DNA from: Candidatus Fimadaptatus sp. | GTDB taxonomy: Bacteria; Bacillota; Clostridia; Christensenellales; Aristaeellaceae | Length of the DNA: 57,762 bases | Assembly (NCBI GenBank): GCA_963928645.1 | Contig: CAWVGT010000109.1 | Coordinates: forward strand, 1-57,762 | Direction of reading: 5' to 3' | Shown here: positions 1-8,848 of the stretch, piece after piece | Numbering within the stretch: the stretch's first letter is position 1 | Layout of the letters: each line of letters begins with the position of its first letter | Position numbers and translations under genes: made by a program | Notes under the pieces: model-generated | What the model was told of the DNA's origin: nothing | Database searches by the model: none | The model's input: the letters and a program-made list of their open reading frames with translations, nothing else

Positions 1-151
1 ATTCATGAGGCTTGAGCTCCTTCTGTGTTGTTGTTATTGCAATTCAACTATAGCAGATTTTCGCTCAAGTCTCACTTCTTTTTTGGAGGGTCGCTGTCCA
101 AAATGTATTGTAGCTCTACAGGGCTGGGTCCGGCCGGGCGGCGCATGCCTA

Positions 152-180
152 TTGACAAATGGCGCGCGCGCATATATACT
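152..180 (+). promoter_or_regulatory. Candidate sigma-A promoter for the downstream URO-D-like gene
   Basis: TTGACA (152-157), 17-nt spacer, TATACT (175-180). It lies about 50 nt upstream of the GGGAGG RBS and ATG at 231. Confidence 0.5.
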
Positions 181-230
181 GACAATGTTAAGCACAGTTT
201 ACGAACACAGCGACGAGGGAGGCGGGAGAT

Positions 231-1184
231 ATGAACAAGCGCGAAAGGGTCATGGCCGTGGTGCAGGGGCGCACGCCGGATAGGATACCGTCCGGATTCT
301 GGCTGCACTTTCCCCCGGGCAACGGCTATGGCAAGGCGGCCGAGGACATTCATGTGGACTTCTTCGAGCGAACCGGCACCGACATATGCAAGATAATGAA
401 CGAAAACCTGCTGCCCAAGGACGAGTCGATCAATGTGCCGGCGGATTGGAACCACATCAAGCCGTTTGACAAGAAGGCGGACTACATACAGCGCCAGCTC
501 GACCTGATAAAGCGCATAGCCGATCGCATGGCCGGCGAAGCGGTGCTGTTGGCGACTATACACGGCGTGGTAGCCTCCGTGTCGCATGTGCTGGGCGGCA
601 GCTCGCTCTACGACCGGGACAAGCTCACCCAGGTGCGCCACTTGCGCGAAAACCCGCAGGGCATGCGCGCCGCGTATGAGGCCGTGACCGAGATACTGGC
701 ATACCTGGCCGAGGAGTCGCTGAAGGCGGGCGCGGACGGCATATACTACGCCGCGCTGGGCGGCGAGAAGTACGGCCACACACCGGAGGAGTTTGACGAG
801 TTCATCCGCCCCGGCGACGTGGCGGTTATGAAGGCCGCGCAGGGGCGCAGCTGCTTCAACGTGCTGCACATCTGCAAGGACAACATAGACCTGGCCCGGT
901 ACGCGGATTACCCGGGCGAGGTGGTGAACTGGGGCGTGTACTCCGACAACCTGTCGCTGGCCGAGGGGCGCAAGCTCTTCCCGGGGCGCGTGATACTGGG
1001 CGGGCTGGACGATCGGTCGGGCGTGCTGGTGGACGGCACGCTGGATCAGATCCGCGCGGAGGTCAGGCAGATAGTGGACGGCTTTGGCAAAGAGGGCTTC
1101 ATGCTGGGCGCGGACTGCACGCTGCCGACCGAGATCGACTATGCCCGCATACGTTGCGCCGTTGAGGCGGCTGCGGGGTGCTGA
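231..1184 (+). CDS. Uroporphyrinogen decarboxylase (URO-D) family protein, MtaA/CmuA-like methyltransferase type
   Basis: 317-aa ORF with a GGGAGG RBS. The N-terminus (MNKRERVMAVVQGRTPDRIPSGFW...) and length are typical of the URO-D/methylcobamide methyltransferase family. It is a paralog of 19704..20741. Confidence 0.8.
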   Translation: MNKRERVMAVVQGRTPDRIPSGFWLHFPPGNGYGKAAEDIHVDFFERTGTDICKIMNENLLPKDESINVPADWNHIKPFDKKADYIQRQLDLIKRIADRMAGEAVLLATIHGVVASVSHVLGGSSLYDRDKLTQVRHLRENPQGMRAAYEAVTEILAYLAEESLKAGADGIYYAALGGEKYGHTPEEFDEFIRPGDVAVMKAAQGRSCFNVLHICKDNIDLARYADYPGEVVNWGVYSDNLSLAEGRKLFPGRVILGGLDDRSGVLVDGTLDQIRAEVRQIVDGFGKEGFMLGADCTLPTEIDYARIRCAVEAAAGC

Positions 1185-1654
1185 ATTGACTGAATGACAC
1201 GGGCGCGGCGCGCCCCTTCCACGGACGGCTTTGCCGCCTGCACGCTCTGTGGCGGGTTGTTTACCGCCGTAGATCGAGGTGGGCATATCGTCCGGTGGAG
1301 GGGGCGCGCCTTTGGTATGGCAAGTCTGGGAGCCAGCGTGCTGGCATAGCGCGGTGCGTTGAGCGATGCAACCGCAACTTGCGCTGGTGCGCGTATAGCC
1401 AGCCAGACCATTTTGCAGGCGCCGCTGTGCTGCAGCCTCATAGCCATACGCGTTTCCACGCATCGCCAACGACAGTACACCGCGCCGGCAATGCGCTTAC
1501 AGCAAGCATACGCCTGACGCATGTCCGCGCAGGACCGCCCGCTCGCTCCGAGCGGCGCGCAGATCGGCCACAGCCGCCACGGTGTCGCGTCCGCACAGTC
1601 GACGCCTGCGCCAACCTGCATCCAGGCTGACCGCGGCGCCGTCAGCCGCGCGGT

Positions 1655-2341
1655 CTATTGCAAGTCGAGCGCGCCCGGTCGATACAGGCGCACCTCGCCC
1701 AGCGGCGTGACTCGTCCGTCCTCAACGATCAAACCGCCCGCGCCGTGCGCCAGCGCATATACCGGCTTGCCGCGCTCGGTCAGCGCGCGGCGGATCGCGT
1801 CGCGCTGAGCAGGCGTGCCCTCGCAATGCACCTGCAGGTAGAAGTCGCTCAGATACGGCAGTCCTTCGTAATAGCTGAACTCCGCGTAGTCGTCGTCAGG
1901 GGCGAGGTAGTATTCGCGCAGCTGTATCACCGCGCCGGCGCTGTATCCGATTGCGATGCCGTCGTGACGCGCCAGTACGTCGTACAGCTCCATGTCGCGA
2001 ATGCGCGCCAGCATGCAGTCGGGAAGCCCGCCCAGGAAGTACACTATGTCGGCGCGCTCGATCTTGCGCGCTGCGGTCGCCGGAGTGTCGGTGAAGTAGT
2101 CGATAAAGCTGATGTTGGCGCGCGATATGCCGTACGCCTCGAAGCCGCCGGTTATGCCGCCGTAGTACATGCCGCGCTCAGCGCTGTAAAGAGCCGCCCA
2201 ATCCTCGGGCCCGTGCACGCGGTTGTCCCGAAATGATAGCGCGACCACCGCGACTGAATGCCCGGGCTTGATATGGCGCCCCAACGCGGCGCGCAGCCAG
2301 GGCGCGGCGATGTCGTAGCCTTCGAGCAATATGTTTACCAT
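1655..2341 (-). CDS. Peptidase S51 (PepE-like) family protein
   Basis: The track ORF 1655..2554 is trimmed to the ATG at 2339-2341 (MVNILLEGY...), which is preceded by AGGAGGAGG. It carries a GYSAGA serine-elbow motif and the LGG...DC pattern of the S51 / class-I glutamine amidotransferase-like fold. Confidence 0.75.
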   Translation of the reverse strand: MVNILLEGYDIAAPWLRAALGRHIKPGHSVAVVALSFRDNRVHGPEDWAALYSAERGMYYGGITGGFEAYGISRANISFIDYFTDTPATAARKIERADIVYFLGGLPDCMLARIRDMELYDVLARHDGIAIGYSAGAVIQLREYYLAPDDDYAEFSYYEGLPYLSDFYLQVHCEGTPAQRDAIRRALTERGKPVYALAHGAGGLIVEDGRVTPLGEVRLYRPGALDLQ

Positions 2342-2449
2342 GTTATGCCTCCTCCTGTAGATCCAAGTGCCCGGCGCTGCGCCGCCCGCGTCGAAGGGCG
2401 TGCGGCCCACAAAACGCGAACATATTTTTGCATAAACCCGGCAATGGCT

Positions 2450-2478
2450 TTGACATATGCGCACATATGTGCTATAAT
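2450..2478 (+). promoter_or_regulatory. lexA promoter with an embedded palindromic operator candidate
   Basis: Perfect TTGACA (2450-2455), 17-nt spacer, TATAAT (2473-2478). The spacer contains the perfect 12-bp palindrome GCACATATGTGC (2461-2472). That differs from the Firmicute SOS box core GAACATATGTTC only at the symmetric A/T positions. A half-box, CGAACATATTTTTG, lies at 2416-2429. Confidence 0.6.
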
Positions 2479-2501
2479 CAGTCTTAATTGAAACCGGTGG
2501 G

Positions 2502-3110
2502 GTGATGGCGATGCCGCGTGGCGATACGCAGGAGAGGATATACGAATTCATCAAGCAGACGATCGAGTTGAAGGGCTATCCGCCCAGCGTGCGCGAGATC
2601 TGTGAGGCGGTGCACCTGAGCTCGACGTCGACGGTGCACGGCCACCTGGCGCGGCTGGAAAAGCGCGGCCTGATACGGCGCGACCCGACCAAGCCGCGCG
2701 CGATAGAGGTCATAGAGCAGACCGGCGCGCGGGGCAAGGTGGTGCCAGTCGTAGGGCGCGTGCCGGCGGGGCGGCCGGTGCTGGCGATAGAGGACATAGA
2801 GGATTACATAATGGTGCCGCGCGAGCTGGCCTCAAACGGCGAGTACTTCGCGCTGCGCGTGCGCGGCGAGAGCATGGTAAACGCCGGCATACTCTCGGGC
2901 GACTACGTAATAGTGCGCAAGCAGCCCGACGCCGAGAGCGGCGAGATAGTGGTCGCGCTGGTGGACGGCGAGGACGCCACGCTCAAGCGGCTGTGCGTGG
3001 GCGAGGATGGGCGCGTGTGCCTAAGGCCGGAGAACGACTTCATGGAGCCCATCTATCCCGACGAGGTGAAGATAGTGGGCAAGGCGGTGGGTCTGTTCAG
3101 AAAGCTGTAG
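2502..3110 (+). CDS. lexA: LexA repressor (SOS regulator, S24 autopeptidase)
   Basis: The winged-helix N-terminus (ERIYEFIKQTIELKGYPPSVREICEAVHLSSTSTVHGHLARLEKRGLIRRD) and the C-terminal S24 domain (RVRGESMVNAGILSGDYVIV) are recognisable. The start is ambiguous between GTG 2502, ATG 2505 and ATG 2511. Confidence 0.95.
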   Translation: MMAMPRGDTQERIYEFIKQTIELKGYPPSVREICEAVHLSSTSTVHGHLARLEKRGLIRRDPTKPRAIEVIEQTGARGKVVPVVGRVPAGRPVLAIEDIEDYIMVPRELASNGEYFALRVRGESMVNAGILSGDYVIVRKQPDAESGEIVVALVDGEDATLKRLCVGEDGRVCLRPENDFMEPIYPDEVKIVGKAVGLFRKL

Positions 3111-3154
3111 CCCTGCCCGGGCGCGGAATGGAGCGTGAGGCTAAACGACGGGGT

Positions 3155-3790
3155 GCCCGCTGCGAATGTCGCGGCGGGCAGCCTCGGATATCGCCAAGGC
3201 AATCGGCGTGCGCTCGCCCGTTCGGCCAGCAACCGTGTTGGCCAGGCATGCAGACCGACGCTTGCCATAGAGTCGGAAGTTGGCGAGGCCGCACGAGCAC
3301 GTACATAACCAGCATTAGACAACGCGCTTCGCATTTGGCCGGGCTTATCAACATACTAAAGCTACCTGCTGTGCATTATCGCAGCAATCAGCTCCATTCT
3401 ATCGACAAAGCGACTTATGCGCAAATCCCAACTCGGATAGCAACAGTGTTGGCCAAGCATGCAGGCCAACGCTTGCCATGCAGTCGGAAGTTGGCTAAGT
3501 TGCCCAAGTCCAAATAGAGCCAATTTAAAGGAGCCACATTTCTCATTTGGTTCGGTTTTAACAACGCTTAAGGCTGCCCGCTGCGCATACCGCAACGGGC
3601 AGCCAAATTCTATCGACAAATCAACCAATGCGCAATGGCAAGGCTCAATTTGCAATCGAGATAGTACACTTTAGTAAACCGCAGGTCAACACTGGCCAGG
3701 AGCGCGAGAGCATGCAAACTCGTCCAGGAACAACAAATCCGCCTTGCAAGAATCACATATCCCGACAGGCATCATGTATACAATCGCGTC
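3155..3790. repeat. Degenerate tandem array of about 210-bp non-coding units (about 3 copies)
   Basis: Hairpin module GCCCGCTGCG...GGGCAGCC occurs at 3155 and 3586, with a decayed copy at 3364. Module ATTCTATCGACAAA occurs at 3396 and 3607. A 60-bp core (GCAAC.GTGTTGGCCA.GCATGCAG...CGCTTGCCAT..AGTCGGAAGTTGGC) occurs at 3229-3290 and 3440-3501, with about 8 mismatches in 60. The third unit is strongly decayed. No credible ORF is present. Confidence 0.8.
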
Positions 3791-3830
3791 GATTCCACCC
3801 ACCGCGCGTATCGCAACAGGCAGCATCGTT

Positions 3831-4415
3831 CTATTGCGCGTCAGTCGCGCGCATACGCGAAAACGGCGTCACCGGCGCAGGCACATCCTCGTGCGCGCCT
3901 ATCAGCTTTTCCAGCCAGACCATGCCGTACCAGCGCCCGAACTTGTAACCGCAGCGATGAAACTCGCCCACGCGCGCAAAGCCCATCCGCTCATGAAAGC
4001 GCACGCTGTCGCGCGTCAGGTATTCGTCCTCGACCTCGGGCCAGGCCACGCATGCGTTCAGGTTCAGCACGCCCTGCCGGCGCAGCAGCCGCTCCAGCTC
4101 CGCGTACAGCTCCCGGCCCACGCCGCCGCGCCGGGCGTCTTGGCGCACGTATATTGACGTCTCCGCGGCCCAGCCGTATGCGGCGCGCGCATGGAACGGG
4201 CCCGCGTACGCATATCCCACCGGCACGCCGGCGCGCTCGGCTACCAGATACGGATAGTTCGCGAGCGTGCGCTCGATGCGCTGCGCAAACTCGTCGGGCG
4301 TGGGCGCCAGGTATTCAAACGACACCGCCGTGCGCTCCACGTAGGGCGCGTATATCGCGGCCAGCGCCGGCGCGTCTGCAGGCGTGGCTATGCGCAGCGA
4401 AATACCCTCGCGCAT
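3831..4415 (-). CDS. GNAT N-acetyltransferase, phosphinothricin/methionine-sulfoximine acetyltransferase (PAT/Bar) type
   Basis: 194 aa. Motifs IRIATPADAPALAAIYAPYVERTAVSFE ... RRGGVGRELY ... FHERMGFARVGEFHRCGYKFGRWYGMVWLEK are characteristic of the PAT family. Confidence 0.85.
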   Translation of the reverse strand: MREGISLRIATPADAPALAAIYAPYVERTAVSFEYLAPTPDEFAQRIERTLANYPYLVAERAGVPVGYAYAGPFHARAAYGWAAETSIYVRQDARRGGVGRELYAELERLLRRQGVLNLNACVAWPEVEDEYLTRDSVRFHERMGFARVGEFHRCGYKFGRWYGMVWLEKLIGAHEDVPAPVTPFSRMRATDAQ

Positions 4416-4419
4416 GTGC

Positions 4420-4992
4420 TCAGCCCTGCGCCATGCCCAGGCCGATCGCGTCGGCGACCTCGCGCATGCCGGCCAGCGTCTCGGATATCACCTCGTCCAG
4501 CGGCGCGCCCAGCCGCTTGCAGCCGTCCTCGATCACGCTCCGGTTGACGCCGGCGGCGAAGCTGGGCTGCTTGAACTTCTTTTTGACGCTCTTGAGCTCC
4601 ATGTCCATCACGGAGTGGGACGGCCGCATCAGCGCGCAGGCGTTTATCAGCCCGGTCAGCTCGTCTATCGTGTAGAGCACCTTTTCCATATAGCGCTCGG
4701 GCTCCACGTCGGAGCACAGCCCGTAGCCGTGCGAGCATATTGCGCGTATCATGTCCTCGTCCACGCCGCGCTCGCCCAGTATCTGTCGCACCATCGTGCA
4801 GTGCTGGTCGGGGTAGCGCTCGTAGTCCAGGTCGTGCAGCAGGCCGACTGCGCCCCAGTATTCGACATCCTCGCCGTGCAGCGCGGCGTAGTGGCGCATC
4901 ACGCCCTCCACGGCCAGCGCGTGCTTTATCAGCGCGTCGGACTGGTTGAACTCGTGCAGCAGCTTTTCGGCTTCGGGCCTCGTAGGTACCAT
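4420..4992 (-). CDS. HD/HDIG-domain metal-dependent phosphohydrolase
   Basis: Start trimmed to the ATG at 4990-4992 (MVPTRPEAE...), 7 nt after GGGAGGA. HALAVEGVM...LLHDLDYE provides the H...HD signature. It sits 4 nt upstream of the PAT gene and 15 nt downstream of the 5007 gene, so an operon is likely. Confidence 0.8.
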   Translation of the reverse strand: MVPTRPEAEKLLHEFNQSDALIKHALAVEGVMRHYAALHGEDVEYWGAVGLLHDLDYERYPDQHCTMVRQILGERGVDEDMIRAICSHGYGLCSDVEPERYMEKVLYTIDELTGLINACALMRPSHSVMDMELKSVKKKFKQPSFAAGVNRSVIEDGCKRLGAPLDEVISETLAGMREVADAIGLGMAQG

Positions 4993-5006
4993 ATAAATTC
5001 CTCCCG

Positions 5007-6842
5007 TCATTCTGTCTCGTATACGTATCTGGCTATCAGGTAGGGATAGCCGCTCTTCAGGCCAGCCACGTCGGCGAACATCTTGTAGCGCTTGCCGGCT
5101 TCAATGGTGACGCTCGAATAGTTCTCTATGTACACCAGCTGCTCCTTGTCGGAACCCACGTCCAGCAACAGCAGCTGGTTGGACAGCGTCGCGTCGGCGC
5201 TGGCGGGCGCTTCGGTGGCGTTGGGCTCGGCCGTGGGCTCGGGCAACAGCTCCTTGACCTCGCCCTCGCACAGGAATATGCGGCCGGCCCAGACCTCGTA
5301 GTAGTTGAGCAGCGCTTCGTAGTCCATCTTCCAGGCCTTGGCGGAGTACTCGGCTTCGGTGGGCAGGTAGTAGATGGTATGGGTGATTACCGAGCTCTCC
5401 TTGCCGGCTTCGGACGCGGTTATCTTGATGGTGTTGTCGCCTATGCGCGTCAGGTTCATCTCAAAGCGGAACGTGCCGTTCACCGGGTCGATCTCGGAGC
5501 TGACCGCCTCGGGCGACACGCTCACCGTGGCGCCGGGCTCAAACGTGCCGCTGATTGTAACGCTGCTGGTGCTGGTGCTGTCTATCGTGTTAATATCCAG
5601 CTCCAGCGGTATGTCGAACACCGGCCGGTACAGCGTTATCTGCGCGCGCGTCTCCTTGTGCGAGGGCGTGAGCACGCTCACGTTGATGACGTTGTCGCCT
5701 ATCGGTTCCACGGTCTGGTTGACGCTTAGATAGCCGCGCTTGTCTATGAAGTCGGACATGTCGTTGCCGTTGACGGTCACATAGGAGCCGGGCTGCACGC
5801 GCATCTGCAGCGTGTACAGCGATATCAGCACTTCCTCGTAACCGCTTGCGGGCTGTATCAGCTCCAGCGGCGACGCGGGCACGGCGACGTCGTATTCGAT
5901 CGTATCCAGCACTACGACCTCGCCGCTGAGCTTGGTCAGCACCGGGTTGAGCACTACGGACGCGGTCGCGTCGCTTGCGGGCTCGGCGTCGAACCACTCT
6001 GAATCGTCTATATACACGTCGGCGCGGCCGTTGATGACCGGGAACGACTCGTTCAGCGCGTCTATGAATATGTTGCCGTCGTCGACCTCAAAGCTCACCA
6101 GGTGCATCTGCGAGCCGTCGACCTCGCACGCGTAGACCTTGGCCTCGCTGGTCTCGAGTATCGGCGCGTTGGGATCCGCCAGCGCTTCGGCCGCATCGGG
6201 ATTGGGCGTGGCGTTGGGATCGGGCGTGACGTTGGGATCGGGCGTCTGCGCGGGATCGGGCGTGGCGGCGGGATCAGGCGTGGGCGTGGGCACGGGCGTG
6301 GCCGTGGCGTTGGGATCGATCGTGGCCAGCGGATCCATGGTCACGCGGGGCGTGGCGGCGGCGTCCTGTGTGGCGGCGGGCCAGAGCTGTATGCCGGCGC
6401 GGGGCAGCAGCTCGCGCACGCCGAGCGCAACCACGCCGCAGGCGCACGCGCCCAGCAACACCAGCAGCGCCGTGCGCACCATTGGCGACAGCTCTATTGT
6501 CACGGTACGCTCGCGCCGGCGCCGGTCGCCTGTGCGGGCGGGCCTGTCCGCGGGCTGGGGCGCCTTGGGCCTGCCGGCATCCGCGGGCTGGGGCGCCTCG
6601 GGTCTGTCGGCGTCCGCGGGCGGCGCGGCCGGCTCGCGGCGTGCGCGCGCGGCGTACTCGCTTGCGGGGGCTTCGGGCTGCGCGGCTTCGGGCGCGGGCC
6701 GGGTCGGCTTGGCTGCGCGGGGTTCCACATGTACCGGCGCGCCCGACGCGGGCTTTTCGCCGGCGCGCCACTTGTCCAACGCGCGCTCGGTCTGACGTGA
6801 GCGCTCGTCCTCGCGCCTGTCTAAATCGCCGTTAGGATTCAT
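5007..6842 (-). CDS. Membrane-anchored protein of unknown function with a Pro/Arg-rich N-terminus, one TM helix, a TPDP-repeat linker and an extracytoplasmic domain of about 380 aa
   Basis: Start trimmed to ATG 6840-6842 (MNPNGDLDRRED...) behind GGAGGAAG. The TM segment is VRTALLVLLGACACGVVALGV. The low-complexity run is TPVPTPTPDPAATPDPAQTPDPNVTPDPNATPNPD. I recognised no family. Confidence 0.7.
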   Translation of the reverse strand: MNPNGDLDRREDERSRQTERALDKWRAGEKPASGAPVHVEPRAAKPTRPAPEAAQPEAPASEYAARARREPAAPPADADRPEAPQPADAGRPKAPQPADRPARTGDRRRRERTVTIELSPMVRTALLVLLGACACGVVALGVRELLPRAGIQLWPAATQDAAATPRVTMDPLATIDPNATATPVPTPTPDPAATPDPAQTPDPNVTPDPNATPNPDAAEALADPNAPILETSEAKVYACEVDGSQMHLVSFEVDDGNIFIDALNESFPVINGRADVYIDDSEWFDAEPASDATASVVLNPVLTKLSGEVVVLDTIEYDVAVPASPLELIQPASGYEEVLISLYTLQMRVQPGSYVTVNGNDMSDFIDKRGYLSVNQTVEPIGDNVINVSVLTPSHKETRAQITLYRPVFDIPLELDINTIDSTSTSSVTISGTFEPGATVSVSPEAVSSEIDPVNGTFRFEMNLTRIGDNTIKITASEAGKESSVITHTIYYLPTEAEYSAKAWKMDYEALLNYYEVWAGRIFLCEGEVKELLPEPTAEPNATEAPASADATLSNQLLLLDVGSDKEQLVYIENYSSVTIEAGKRYKMFADVAGLKSGYPYLIARYVYETE

Positions 6843-7030
6843 CTGCTTCCTCCGTATCAAACGCGCGCCGGCAGAGCGTGCATGCTGCCGGCGGCGCGCG
6901 TCGTATGAATATTATCCAGGATAAGTTCGCGCCCGCGCCGGTATATTCCTGCCAGCTGCGGCCGAATCCGACAAGTTGCCACGCTTTTTCCATCAGTGTT
7001 AACCTGAAGCGCCCGCGCCGGACTCGCGCG

Positions 7031-7972
7031 TCACGGATTTACGACGTTCTGGGGTGCGCCGGCAATGAACGCGGCCACGTTGCGGGTGGCGATGTCTATG
7101 AGCCGCACGCGCGCCTCGCGCGGGGCCCAGGCGATGTGCGGCGTTATGAAGCAGTTGTCCAGCCCCAGCAGCGGGTTGTCGGGCTGTATGGGCTCCTGCG
7201 AGGCCACGTCCACGGCGGCGGCGTACACCTTGCCCGACAGCAGCGCCTCGCGCAGATCGGCCTCGTTTATGACCGGGCCGCGGGAGGTGTTGATTATTAT
7301 GACGCCGTCCTTCATGCGGGCGATGGTGTCGCGGTTGATGAGGCCGCGCGTCTCGGGCAGCAGCGGGCAGTTGAGCGATATCACATCGCTTTCGCGCAGC
7401 AGCTCGTCCAGCGGCACGACCTCGGGATAGCTGTGGTGCGTGCCCGAGGCGATCACGTTCATCTTGAACGCGCGAGCAACCTCGCCCACCGCGCGACCGA
7501 TGCGGCCGTAGCCGATTATGCCCATCGTCTTGCCAGCCAGCTCCATCAGCGGATAGTCCCAGAACGCGAAGTCGGGGCTGGACGACCAGCGCCCGGAATG
7601 CACCGCGGCGCTGTGGTGGCCCACGTGATGGCAGATCTCCAGCAGGTGCGCAAACACCAGCTGCACGACCGAGTCGGTCGAGTACGCGGGTATGTTGGTC
7701 ACCGGTATGCCGCGCGCGCGGGCGGCGTCGACGTCGACTATGTTGTAGCCGGTGGCCAGCACGCCTATGTAGCGCAGCGCGCTCGCGTCGACGATCGTGC
7801 GCGCGTCCAGCGGGGTCTTGTTGGTCAGCACGATTTCAGCGCCGGCGATGCGCGCGGCTATGTCGGCGGCATCGGTGCGGTCGTAGACCTGCAGCTCTCC
7901 CAGCTTGCCCAGCTCGGCCCAGCTCAGGTCGCCCGGATTGGCGGTGTGTGCGTCTAGTATCACTATCTTCAT
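7031..7972 (-). CDS. D-isomer-specific 2-hydroxyacid dehydrogenase (glycerate dehydrogenase-like)
   Basis: Start trimmed to ATG 7970-7972 (MKIVILDAHT...) behind GAGGAG. It has the NAD-binding motif GIIGYGRIGRAVG and the catalytic-region motifs NTSRGPVINEADL and ITPHIAW. Confidence 0.9.
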   Translation of the reverse strand: MKIVILDAHTANPGDLSWAELGKLGELQVYDRTDAADIAARIAGAEIVLTNKTPLDARTIVDASALRYIGVLATGYNIVDVDAARARGIPVTNIPAYSTDSVVQLVFAHLLEICHHVGHHSAAVHSGRWSSSPDFAFWDYPLMELAGKTMGIIGYGRIGRAVGEVARAFKMNVIASGTHHSYPEVVPLDELLRESDVISLNCPLLPETRGLINRDTIARMKDGVIIINTSRGPVINEADLREALLSGKVYAAAVDVASQEPIQPDNPLLGLDNCFITPHIAWAPREARVRLIDIATRNVAAFIAGAPQNVVNP

Positions 7973-8205
7973 TGCATCTGCGCTCCTCAATCGCAGCCCA
8001 GCGCGGCGCGCCAAAGCTACTTTAATATGCCTGTACATTCTATCACGCGCTGCGCGCGGTGTCAACGCGGGGCACGCACGGCATCGCATGCGCATGCGGC
8101 GGTGCGCGGCGCAATTTTATGCTCAAAAATGATTGTATAAACTGCGTGAAATCTGCTATAATCTGGTCGGAGGACAAAAACGCGCTGCAGAGCGGGGGAT
8201 TGCAT

Positions 8206-8805
8206 ATGAAGATACTGTTTACCGGCTTTGAGCCATTTGGAGGCGAGAGCCTTAACCCGGCGTGGGAGGCGGTGAGCCGCCTGCCGGACAGAGTGGGCGG
8301 CGCGCAGCTGATAAAGCTCCGGCTGCCGGTTGAGTTTCAGAGCGTGGGCCGGCTGGTGCAGGCCGAGTTGGACGAGGCGCGCCCGGACGCGGTGGTGTGC
8401 GTGGGCCAGGCGGGCGGGCGGCGCGGCATATCGATAGAGCGCGTCGCGATAAACCTGGACGACACGTCGGCGCCCGACAACGCGGGCTACGCGCCCTCCG
8501 ACCAGACGATACGCCGCGGCGCGCCGGCCGCGTACTTTGCGACGCTGCCCATCAAGGCGCTGCTGCATCAGCTGACCGAGCTGGGCATACCCGCGCAGAT
8601 ATCCAACTCGGCGGGCACATATGTGTGCAATCACCTGATGTACTGCGTGCTGGACTACTTCAGCGTGCGCATGATGGACAACCGCGCGGGCTTCATACAC
8701 GTGCCGTACATACCCGCGCAGTGCCAGGACAAGCCCGACGCGCCGCGCATGGAGCTGGACGAGATAGTGCGCGCGCTCGAGGCGGTGGCGCGCGCGCTGA
8801 GCTGA
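8206..8805 (+). CDS. pcp: Pyroglutamyl-peptidase I (pyrrolidone-carboxylate peptidase)
   Basis: Start trimmed to ATG 8206 (MKILFTGFEPFGGESLNPAWE...). It has the SNSAGTYVCNHLMY catalytic Cys motif and FIHVPY. Confidence 0.93.
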   Translation: MKILFTGFEPFGGESLNPAWEAVSRLPDRVGGAQLIKLRLPVEFQSVGRLVQAELDEARPDAVVCVGQAGGRRGISIERVAINLDDTSAPDNAGYAPSDQTIRRGAPAAYFATLPIKALLHQLTELGIPAQISNSAGTYVCNHLMYCVLDYFSVRMMDNRAGFIHVPYIPAQCQDKPDAPRMELDEIVRALEAVARALS

Positions 8806-8848
8806 GCGGGCGCTAAATGTTCGCAATACGCAAAAGGAGTGAACGGAT

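Noticed and set aside
1185-1654. 470-bp GC-rich gap between the first URO-D gene and the peptidase S51 gene as a pseudogene or small gene (ORFs 1139-1621 minus, 1295-1630 plus).
   Set aside because: All frames give Cys/Trp/Arg-rich or Ala/Arg-rich translations without recognisable motifs or RBSs. I cannot distinguish decayed coding sequence from spacer by eye. BLASTX would be needed.
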